DNA from: an uncultured Candidatus Saccharibacteria bacterium
GTDB lineage: Bacteria; Patescibacteriota; Minisyncoccia; UBA6257; 2-01-FULL-56-20
NCBI GenBank assembly: GCA_964360585.1
Contig: CAYHXC010000009.1
Span: 1 to 57,077, forward strand
DNA: 57,077 nt
Direction of reading: 5' to 3'
Part shown: positions 50,019-57,077 of the stretch, piece after piece
Position numbering within the stretch: the first letter of the stretch is position 1
Layout: the number at the start of each line of letters is the position of its first letter
Notes under the pieces: generated by a model
What the model saw: only the letters and a program-made list of their open reading frames with translations
What the model was told of the DNA's origin: nothing
Database searches by the model: none
Position numbers and translations under genes: made by a program

Positions 50019-52496
50019 TCAGGCTTTTTTCGAGAAAACGATTTTGTCTTTTTCGAGTGTGGCCTCCAGTTTATCACCTTTCTCAAACTTTTCTTCGAGC
50101 ATGGCTTTGGCAAGTGGCGCACGCAAGTTCTCTTCAATGGCTTGGCGGAGCGGGCGGGCGCCGAAAGCGGGATCGTACCCAATCGTCGCGATTTTTTCTA
50201 TGACTGTTTCATTGAACGAAAGTTTCAATTCCTGTTCCTCTAACTGCTTCGCAAAATCTTCAAGCTCTAACTTCGTAACCTTCTTGATATCTTCAGGCGA
50301 CAAGTTCTTGAAAACGATAATTTTGGAAAAACGATTTAAAAGTTCCGGAGGGAAAACATCGGAGAGGGTGTCTTTGAAATGATCGGCGATCTGGGCAATG
50401 GATTTTCCCCCGCGAAGCGCGGTTTCGATATCGCGAGAGTGGGCGTTTGAGGTGGCGACAATGACGCAGTTTTCAAAAGATACTTTTCGTCCGAGGCCAT
50501 CGGTCAGATATCCTTCGTCCAAAACCTGGAGGAAGAGATGGAGAATATCAGGGTAGGCTTTTTCGAACTCATCGAGCAGGACAACGCTTCGCGGTTTCTC
50601 GCGAACCGCTTCGGTTAAGGCGCCGATAATGGTCCCATCGGCCGAACCGATAAATTGCATAAAACTTTTTTTGTCCTGATACTCGCTCATGTCGAAGCGG
50701 ATCATCAGATCGCGCGAACCGAACTGCAGTTCAGCGATGAGTTTGGTGAGAGCAGTTTTTCCCACACCGGTTGGACCAACAAATAGGAAGGAAGCGATCG
50801 GACCATTCTTTCGGGTGAGACCACTGCGGTATTCGCGAAGGGCGTCAGCTACCGATTTCACGGCTTCTTCCTGGTCAATAAAGCGTTTATGAATAATATT
50901 CTCGAAGTGGAGCAAGGTTTCCGCCTCTTCTTTATCCGGCCGGTGAATGGGAATATTTACTTTCCGTTCGGCCACGCGCACTACGTCTTCTATTTCCAGA
51001 ATCTTTTTCCCTTCGTGTCGGGCGTCGTCCACACTTTCTTTCAAAAGTTCGAGGGCGCTTCCGGGAAGCGGGCGGTGGCGGACGTACTGCTTGGCGATAA
51101 TGACCGCTTTCTTCAAGGCGCTCACCGTGATCGTGAGATGAGAAGAAGCTTCGAGCGATCGGGCTTCAGCGGTCAAAATGGTAAAGGCCTCATCGGTCGT
51201 CACTTCTTTGACCGTAATTTTTTCAAAGTACGCCAGGAGATCGCTCCGCGGTTCAATGTACTGTTTAAACTCCTGGGGATAGGTTGAGCCGATAATCGGC
51301 AGAGCATCTTTTTCGAAAAGTGGAATAAAAGCGTCGGCGGCTGAGAGATGTTCTTTGCCGGAGGTATGGAGGAGATTGTGGAGATCGGGAATGTAGAGAA
51401 TAATGTTTCCGGCGCCAAGACATTCAGTAATAATATTTTGAAGACGGCCCTGGAGTTCTTCGGGCGAGAGATTAGAAACGGCATTCGAAAGATGGAGTTG
51501 GATTAAGCGGCGATCAGTTAATGGCGGTGGAACGCGGTCGCCCACAATCTCCGCGGCCAGGTGTTCAATAATGGTATTTTTCCCAATCCCAGCCTCGCCG
51601 ACCAGAAGAACATTCGGGTTCATGGTACGGGTCAAGGTTTTTAGTAGTTCATCAAATTCTGATTTGTGACCAATCAGATTTCCAAGCAGTCCCTCGCTTG
51701 CCAGTTCGGTTAAGTCGGTTGAGAAGCGGTCGAGTGTTGGGGTCGCCCGGCTGGTCCAGGAACGATTCATGATGCCGCGCTTCGAATCAAAGCGTCGTTG
51801 GGCAGTGTGGATGTGTTTTGGTTTTGTTTCGGAGAGGCGAAGGGCGTCGGTTAAGGCTTGCGGGGTGAGCGAGAATGTTTTGGTCACGCGTTCGATATAC
51901 GGATCGTTAATGGTGAAAAGAGCGATGAGAACGTCGGGCACCTGGACAAAGCGATGACCATTTGCGCGGGCGGCCCGGAAGGCCTCGGTCATTAACGGAG
52001 AAGTGATCGCGACTTCATAGGGATCTTCGTCCGGCGTTTCCTCCGAGAGCCACGAGTTTATTTTTTCTTTGAGGGTGGCTTCATCGACATCTAGACGCGC
52101 GAACATTTTCTGAATCTGAGTATGACGAAGCAACTTTTTTAAGAGCACAACGGAAAAACGTTGGTGTGCCAGACTGCTGTCGGACATGGCTTTCTCGAGT
52201 GTGCTAAAAGCAGAAGGGGCAAGATAATCGGCGATATTTAATCCCTCTTCTTTTTTAATTTCTTCGATATGCTCATCAGCATCTTGATAGTGGATCAAGC
52301 GATCGGCCCAAAAAAGAAGAAGAAAGATTCCAAAAAACTGCATTCCGCGGACATCGCTGATTAGAAGTAAAAAAGTGAGTACACCGAAAAAAAGATAGGT
52401 TGTGCCGGAAGCAACCCGAACCAAAAACCGGCCGGCGGGACTCATGCGCAAGCGTGGATCGTCAAAATATATTGAGAAGTCTTGTGACTGGGTCAT
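50019..52496 (-). CDS. ClpB/ClpC-like double AAA+ protein with an N-terminal membrane anchor and a degenerate first nucleotide-binding domain
   Basis: Two N-terminal TM helices (TTYLFFGVLTFLLLI, FFGIFLLLFWA). NBD1 has GEAGIGKN and ILYIPDLHNL. NBD2 has GPTGVGKT and VVLLDEFEKA. The C-terminal GARPLRQAIE segment is present. Confidence 0.85.
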   Translation of the reverse strand: MTQSQDFSIYFDDPRLRMSPAGRFLVRVASGTTYLFFGVLTFLLLISDVRGMQFFGIFLLLFWADRLIHYQDADEHIEEIKKEEGLNIADYLAPSAFSTLEKAMSDSSLAHQRFSVVLLKKLLRHTQIQKMFARLDVDEATLKEKINSWLSEETPDEDPYEVAITSPLMTEAFRAARANGHRFVQVPDVLIALFTINDPYIERVTKTFSLTPQALTDALRLSETKPKHIHTAQRRFDSKRGIMNRSWTSRATPTLDRFSTDLTELASEGLLGNLIGHKSEFDELLKTLTRTMNPNVLLVGEAGIGKNTIIEHLAAEIVGDRVPPPLTDRRLIQLHLSNAVSNLSPEELQGRLQNIITECLGAGNIILYIPDLHNLLHTSGKEHLSAADAFIPLFEKDALPIIGSTYPQEFKQYIEPRSDLLAYFEKITVKEVTTDEAFTILTAEARSLEASSHLTITVSALKKAVIIAKQYVRHRPLPGSALELLKESVDDARHEGKKILEIEDVVRVAERKVNIPIHRPDKEEAETLLHFENIIHKRFIDQEEAVKSVADALREYRSGLTRKNGPIASFLFVGPTGVGKTALTKLIAELQFGSRDLMIRFDMSEYQDKKSFMQFIGSADGTIIGALTEAVREKPRSVVLLDEFEKAYPDILHLFLQVLDEGYLTDGLGRKVSFENCVIVATSNAHSRDIETALRGGKSIAQIADHFKDTLSDVFPPELLNRFSKIIVFKNLSPEDIKKVTKLELEDFAKQLEEQELKLSFNETVIEKIATIGYDPAFGARPLRQAIEENLRAPLAKAMLEEKFEKGDKLEATLEKDKIVFSKKA

Positions 52497-52876
52497 GCCG
52501 GTTGAGAAAGAAAGGCGAGAAAGGCCTGGAGCAGGAGCATGACGGGAATGGAAATCCAGAGGATGTACAGGAAAAGAAAAACGGAGCAGAGAATTGTGTA
52601 GAAAAATCCGGCCACAACCACGCGGCCAAGCCGAAAGATGGGGCCAATGATCTGTCCCATGAGCGTGTAGTCCTGATAGAGCGGTTCAAAAAAATGAGCG
52701 AGCGTGATCTTAAGCGCGAAAGTTTGCTCCAGACTTAAAAAGATCGAGAGCCAGGTTCGCGCGAAAAAGTAGGAACCGTCAACGTACCAGCGATGGAAAA
52801 AAATAGCGATATGATACCAGAGTCTTCGGAAAAGATAGAAAAATGAAAGTGACAGCAGTGGTTGGCGGTGTTCCAT
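52493..52876 (-). CDS. Hypothetical membrane protein (127 aa), translationally coupled to the ClpB-like gene
   Basis: Hydrophobic helices. Its stop overlaps the clpB-like ATG (ATGA at 52493-52496). Confidence 0.55.
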   Translation of the reverse strand: MEHRQPLLSLSFFYLFRRLWYHIAIFFHRWYVDGSYFFARTWLSIFLSLEQTFALKITLAHFFEPLYQDYTLMGQIIGPIFRLGRVVVAGFFYTILCSVFLFLYILWISIPVMLLLQAFLAFLSQPA

Positions 52877-52946
52877 GCGATGCTTCTATTATACTTCTCG
52901 GCCGTTGTCATGGCGAGGAGTTGTTTGGCCGAAGTACAACCCATGT

Positions 52947-53140
52947 GTCATTGCGAGTGGAGGCGAGTTGTACTCGCCGGAACGTGGCAATCTAGAGATG
53001 GCCACGCCCGCTTCGCCAGAGCTTCAGCGAGGCGAGTCGTTACTCCTCCTCGCCATGACATTTTGGAAAAGATTATGGAGGTCAGATTGCCACGTCCCGA
53101 TTTTCGTTGAATGAAAAATGCGATCGGGACTCGCAATGAC
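52947..53140. repeat. GTCATTGCGAG...CTCGC(A/C)ATGAC palindromic repeats, composite copy 3
   Basis: gtcattgcgagtgg...cgtggcaatctaga...cctcgccatgac (to 53059), then agattgccacg...ctcgcaatgac (to 53140). Confidence 0.7.
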
Positions 53141-53152
53141 AGGAAGGCGAAG

Positions 53153-53797
53153 CTAGAAAAGAGGATTTTGTTTTTGCTCGCGTGGTTCTTCTTTTGGTGG
53201 CGGGCTTGTTTGGTGGGCTTGGGCAGGCTCATTTTTTATTTTCTTGAGGAGGAGCGGCAGTTTTTTGAATCCTGCCTCGAAGAGTCCCATGGCCGTGGTT
53301 CCGCGGAGCGCGGCCGCCGGGTGGAAAAACGGCATAATAATCCGGCCGCCAAGCCGAAAGGCCGTTCCCTGATCGCGGGTGATTTTGGCGTCCGGCAGAA
53401 AGTAGTTCATGGAAAACCGGCCGAGCGGCACAATGATCGGCGGATTGATGATTTCTATCTGTTCGGTGAGATAGGGTTTGTACGCGGCAATTTCTTCCGG
53501 GCTGGGGTCGCGGTTTTCCGGCGGACGGCGTTTCACGATATTCGTAATGTAGACATCCTCCTCTTTCCAGCCGATGGCGCGGATATTTTTCCTAAGGAGT
53601 TGGCCGCCGCGACCAACAAATGGCCGCTTTTCGATATCTTCGTTTTTTCCGGGAGCCTCACCAATAAAAAGAACATCGCAATTTATGTTCCCTTCGCCGA
53701 AAACTAAATTGGCTGGTTGGAGCGGAAGATTGGTGTCGGCGACAAGGCGTGCTTCTAAATCACGAAGGCGCGTTTCTTTGCTTTCAACGGAACTCAT
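53153..53797 (-). CDS. Uracil-DNA glycosylase, family 4
   Basis: VLFIGEAPGKNEDIEKRPFVGRGGQLL (GEAPG motif) and FHPAAALR (motif B). Confidence 0.88.
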   Translation of the reverse strand: MSSVESKETRLRDLEARLVADTNLPLQPANLVFGEGNINCDVLFIGEAPGKNEDIEKRPFVGRGGQLLRKNIRAIGWKEEDVYITNIVKRRPPENRDPSPEEIAAYKPYLTEQIEIINPPIIVPLGRFSMNYFLPDAKITRDQGTAFRLGGRIIMPFFHPAAALRGTTAMGLFEAGFKKLPLLLKKIKNEPAQAHQTSPPPKEEPREQKQNPLF

Positions 53798-54051
53798 CCC
53801 GTTAGAGATAGGAAACGCTTAAGCCTGTTTTTGAGATAGCGCTTCCCCATACCAGATTTAAGATATTTTTCTCTCGACTTTGCGTCCCCTTCCGATATAC
53901 AAGCTTCGTAGTAGATAAGAATATATGGTCCATGATGTTTAGTATACTTTGATTTTTTCTCATTATGCTCGCTTAAGCGTTTCCGTAAATCCTTTGTGTA
54001 CCCTGTGTACCAACGCTTATTTTTGTTCTCTACGACATACGTGTAGAACAT
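53794..54051 (-). CDS. Stand-alone GIY-YIG (URI-domain) nuclease, 85 aa
   Basis: FYTYVVENKNKRWYTGYTKDLRKRLSEHN...EKYLK is the GIY-YIG pattern. Its stop overlaps the udg ATG region. Confidence 0.85.
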   Translation of the reverse strand: MFYTYVVENKNKRWYTGYTKDLRKRLSEHNEKKSKYTKHHGPYILIYYEACISEGDAKSREKYLKSGMGKRYLKNRLKRFLSLTG

Positions 54052-54073
54052 AATTGCTTAATCTCTAACGGGA
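53797..54073 (-). mobile_element. Hairpin cassette with perfect 13-bp inverted arms carrying the GIY-YIG gene
   Basis: tcccgttagagat (53797-53809) is the reverse complement of atctctaacggga (54061-54073). On the coding strand the order is stop(54074-76), TCCCGTTAGAGAT, GIY-YIG, ATCTCTAACGGG-ATG(udg). Confidence 0.7.
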
Positions 54074-54790
54074 CTAATGCCGCAATGCGGAAAACGATTC
54101 TTTGGTCGCCGTGTTCCAACCGTTTACAAATTCGCGTTCGATAACTGATGACTGCGGCGTTGTCCAGCGAAGGAGATACGAGAGGGAAAAATTATCACCA
54201 GTGGCGCCATAGAGAAATGGCGATTCGGTAAAGCGATCGGTAAAATCATTTTCATACAGCGGTCGACTGCCGTAGAGGCCGACGATATACGCGCGATCAT
54301 GTTCAGGAAGGGTTGTGCTCGCGATGGCCATGATTTCATTTCCGGTGTGTTTCAGCTCCGCCAGCGTTCGCGGATAGTGTCCGGTTATTTCTTTGTAGAT
54401 TTCGAGAGAATCAACGAGCGTCGTAACGGTATTAATCTGTTCTTCGATTAAGGCGGCATCATTATTTACCGCAACGATGGGGAGAGTTGCTCCGGTGATG
54501 CTGGCCTGGAGCTGATTTCCGAGGGGCGCCTGTTTGGCATAGTTCAAAGCGAGTACGCTCGCGCTGGTTCCCAAAACGAGAATGAAAAGCAATGAGAAAG
54601 AAAGTTGGAAGGCGGGAAAAAGGTATTTCGGTTTTTTAAGAGGCGTGTCCCGCGCCTGGACAATCTTCAATCCTTCCTGCACTTGAGCCAGATTCCAGCC
54701 CACGCCCAAAAGCGCGCTCATTGTTTGCTCTTTTTTGACGCCCAGTGCCCGACAGGATTCTAAGTACGAAATAAGTTCTGGAGTAACCAT
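54074..54790 (-). CDS. Hypothetical single-pass membrane protein (238 aa)
   Basis: A short N-terminal cytoplasmic helical domain, a TM segment (FQLSFSLLFILVLGTSASVLAL), and an extracellular domain. Confidence 0.65.
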   Translation of the reverse strand: MVTPELISYLESCRALGVKKEQTMSALLGVGWNLAQVQEGLKIVQARDTPLKKPKYLFPAFQLSFSLLFILVLGTSASVLALNYAKQAPLGNQLQASITGATLPIVAVNNDAALIEEQINTVTTLVDSLEIYKEITGHYPRTLAELKHTGNEIMAIASTTLPEHDRAYIVGLYGSRPLYENDFTDRFTESPFLYGATGDNFSLSYLLRWTTPQSSVIEREFVNGWNTATKESFSALRH

Positions 54791-55010
54791 AGGAATGTTG
54801 AGCGCTCAACATGACAAACACTTTTGTTTACCCGCCACTTCTATCTTGAAGGGCGAGGTTTATCACGCTGACTTCCCCTACATTATACATTTTCTTGGGT
54901 AATAAAAAACCGCCTGCCTGCAATGCCGGAGCATAGCGATGGCGGGCGGGCCCAGTCTCACAAGGTGAGGGGATCGGAATAAGACAAGCTTGCTGATCAG
55001 GTCGTAAGAC

Positions 55011-55403
55011 TTACGGCAGAACTGGCCGGTTGCAGTTATCGCGAACTGGAACCCAAAAATCTGCTCCGTTGCCGTCCCAGGTAGCCAGAACATAGTACAT
55101 CTCATCGATGCCATAACCGACGAGAATGCCGTCATCGACAGTCTTAGCAAACAAGCGTAAGGCCTCAAAGAAGGGACCTCGTTCAGTGCGCATCGCTTGC
55201 AGTGCTGGGAACCTATTCTGAACTGCGGGAGGAAGTTGCTTCATAATCATGTCCGAGTCGTGAAGGCGTTCACCACAGGCGACGTAGATCACAGTCAATG
55301 CTTCATCACTCAAAGTTGGCAGATCGTCGCTTCCGACGAATCGCTGGAACAGCTGGCGAAGGGGCGTGGAAGCAACTTGGGCTAGTGCGTTTGAAAGAGA
55401 CAT
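55011..55403 (-). CDS. Hypothetical protein (130 aa)
   Basis: A strong SD AAAGGAGGA lies 6 nt before the ATG. A hairpin plus U-tract sits downstream (about 54903-54949). Confidence 0.65.
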   Translation of the reverse strand: MSLSNALAQVASTPLRQLFQRFVGSDDLPTLSDEALTVIYVACGERLHDSDMIMKQLPPAVQNRFPALQAMRTERGPFFEALRLFAKTVDDGILVGYGIDEMYYVLATWDGNGADFWVPVRDNCNRPVLP

Positions 55404-55509
55404 TGTGAGTCCTCCTTTGCGCTGTCATTCTTATATTGTACTGAATAGGAAAAGGCAATAAAAAAACCGCCCGCTTGCTGAACGCAGTACGGGCAGACGC
55501 TCCTCGTGA

Positions 55510-55653
55510 TTAGTGACGCTGAACGCTGATCTCGCGTCTCTCGGTGTTTACCGAGATGTAAGAGTACTCTGAAGGGTGGCAGAAGACTTCAGTCAAGAAT
55601 ACTCGGAGATATCGAAGCTCAAAAGTAATTCGGCTCCACGCACGAAGAATCAT
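55510..55653 (-). CDS. Candidate small protein (47 aa)
   Basis: Not in the ORF track. SD GGAAGGAGGA lies 7 nt before ATG 55653. My translation is MILRAWSRITFELRYLRVFLTEVFCHPSEYSYISVNTERREISVQRH*. A weak hairpin plus U-tract follows at about 55461-55495. Confidence 0.35.
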   Translation of the reverse strand: MILRAWSRITFELRYLRVFLTEVFCHPSEYSYISVNTERREISVQRH

Positions 55654-55791
55654 AAATTCGTCCTCCTTCCAACACTCTTATTTTTATAGCTTAACAGATT
55701 TCAAAAAGCAATTACTATAAAAACAGAAATGCCCCACCGAAGTGTTGCACTTCTGGCGGGGCGATGGTGATGCTTGTGGGCAAGGCTACTG

Positions 55792-56034
55792 CTACTGTCC
55801 AGACGCAAGCTGAGCGAGTAGCTCAACCGTGCTGGTGTCGAGATCGGCTAGTTCCATTCCGAGATCTTTCATAACCCTGGGAATGTCGGCGCCAAACTCG
55901 GGCAAGCTGTAGAGACCTAGTAACGTCTTGCCCAAATCCTTGCCTTCAGGCAACCCAATCATGTAGGCGTAACGAAACACGTGCACCACGATTGCCAAAT
56001 TGTTATCTGGACTGCCAATGAAATCTCCGGCCAT
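55792..56034 (-). CDS. Hypothetical protein (80 aa)
   Basis: SD AAGGGAGGA lies before ATG 56034 (MAGDFIGSPDNN...). The longer ORF-track version lacks an SD. Confidence 0.6.
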   Translation of the reverse strand: MAGDFIGSPDNNLAIVVHVFRYAYMIGLPEGKDLGKTLLGLYSLPEFGADIPRVMKDLGMELADLDTSTVELLAQLASGQ

Positions 56035-56066
56035 GATTCCTCCCTTACGATAAGGCGGGGATCTGA

Positions 56067-56345
56067 TTAGAGGCTGATGATGCCATCGTGGCCATGCATC
56101 ATCGCCATGACCATGGCGCCGTTTTGCATCACCAGTCCTCCGAGAGCTCGCACCAACTCCCGAGCTTCTCGCCCGGTTCTGTCGGTGGGAACTTCCGTGT
56201 GGCAAGCGATGCTATAAGGATAGCCCAACTCTTCTCGCAGGCGGCGTTGGATCTCGCCTTCAGAAGAAGAAGTCCGTACAATCTGTCGAGCGGCGGCCTT
56301 GATCTCGTTGTCGGACATAGTTTCGAAGGTTTTCGTTTCCTCCAT
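56067..56345 (-). CDS. Hypothetical protein (92 aa)
   Basis: SD AGGAG lies before ATG 56345. It forms a two-gene unit with 55792-56034. Confidence 0.6.
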   Translation of the reverse strand: MEETKTFETMSDNEIKAAARQIVRTSSSEGEIQRRLREELGYPYSIACHTEVPTDRTGREARELVRALGGLVMQNGAMVMAMMHGHDGIISL

Positions 56346-56748
56346 CTTATTCTCCTGATGTGTTCGGGCACTCTCGTAGTAGGCAAAGAGCGCCAGGTTA
56401 TTTTGAGACTCAGGAACTTACGAGAGGACGCTTATCTGTTCGACTCCGATGTTCCCCTCCGTTGCTAAATCGAACCTCTTGTTTCAGTCCCAGTTTACTG
56501 CCGATGCGTGCTTTCATATTTCTCTCCGTTGGTCGGATAGTACTACTGGCGTTTGCTAGTTGCATTATATAATTAATATGTTAGTATGTCAATACCTTCA
56601 TGGAAATTTCAAGCAAGAAATTCTATGATGGCGCAGGGCTTATTCAGGAATTTTCAGGCGTCGCAAATCGCCTATTAGATTTTTGAATATGCTCAAAATT
56701 TCATATGGCCTGCCTGTCATGCCTCACGGCAAGACGGGATGGCAGACA

Positions 56749-57077
56749 GGGGATGACCGGCTTCGATAAAGACGAAGTCCAAACTGGCGAGTTGAGCGCT
56801 GACTCACAAAACCGGCAAAAAACAAACTGCTAACCAACGCGTTACAGCTCCAAGTTTCGCTTTCGCGTAACTAGAGGATCAGCGAGCCTGGGTTCCTTAG
56901 GCTCACAACTGGTCTTATATAAGGGAACTCGTTCCGAGAAGTTTGCTCTGCGCTTCCGGAATTAAACTAGCAGAGTATGTCTAGTTTCTAGACTCTGTCG
57001 CGTCTGACGCGGCTACACTCGTAGAAGGTTTGCGATTTTCTTCTTTAGACGGCGGTTCGACTCCGCCCATCTCCACC
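56749..57077 (+). ncRNA. ssrA: tmRNA (SsrA); the terminal A of the CCA end lies at or beyond the window edge
   Basis: The 5' end GGGGATGACCGGCTTCGA pairs with the 3' end ...GGCGGTTCGACTCCGCCCATCTCCACC (G3:U70, T-arm). The tag reading frame GCT AAC CAA CGC GTT ACA GCT CCA AGT TTC GCT TTC GCG TAA encodes ANQRVTAPSFAFA*. Confidence 0.9.

Overview
A 57-kb chromosomal segment from a small-genome bacterium. The gene content and repeat style suggest a Patescibacteria/CPR-type organism, but that is an inference. It uses the standard genetic code: TGA terminates dut and other genes.

Gene map:
- 1-9154 (minus strand): a type-IV-secretion/conjugation-like operon. It holds a split VirB4, a PrgI/VirB3-like protein, a VirB6-like protein, and two giant orphan proteins.
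- 9.3-16.3 kb: rsmA, a UvrD/PcrA-type helicase, a trypsin-like protease, and a 588-aa Cys-rich protein.
- 16.3-19.9 kb: an accessory patch downstream of comM, with two HigB/HigA-like toxin-antitoxin pairs, a TrmB regulator, and a beta-barrel-like secreted protein.
- 19.9-29 kb: comM, a dksA-like gene, yraN, nusA, ppa, clpP, tyrS, and an orphan TrpD-family gene.
- Three tRNAs, Gly(UCC), Ile(UAU) and His(GUG), plus ftsH.
- 35-41.5 kb: a patch of hypothetical genes downstream of tRNA-His, including an HTH-Fic protein.
- 41.7-47.1 kb: a compact dTTP-synthesis operon, glyA-folD-dcd-dut-tmk-thyX.
- Then infC-rpmI-rplT, a PaaX/Cas2-fold gene, ogt, a Nudix hydrolase, a membrane-anchored ClpB/ClpC paralogue, a family-4 UDG, a GIY-YIG nuclease, several small orphan ORFs, and the tmRNA gene at the right edge.

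The most unusual signals lie outside the coding regions:
1. Four insertions are each bracketed by a duplicated 3' end of the target gene (comM twice, tRNA-Gly twice, tRNA-His, ogt). No recombinase gene is visible anywhere in the window.
2. Six 16-bp parS-like palindromes (TGTTTAGCGCTAAACA) form a symmetric array between the dksA-like gene and yraN.
3. A family of long-range hairpin cassettes ends exactly on the start codons of nusA, rpmI, udg and glyA. One of them carries the GIY-YIG gene as cargo.
4. Several MITE-like inverted-repeat elements are present. One disrupts a gene and can be excised in silico to restore the frame. One is nested in another repeat with a clean 5-bp target duplication. 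One two-copy family shows compensatory stem substitutions.

All calls rest on reading the sequence and on remembered family signatures. No database searches were run. Start codons and repeat edges are approximate to within a few nucleotides.
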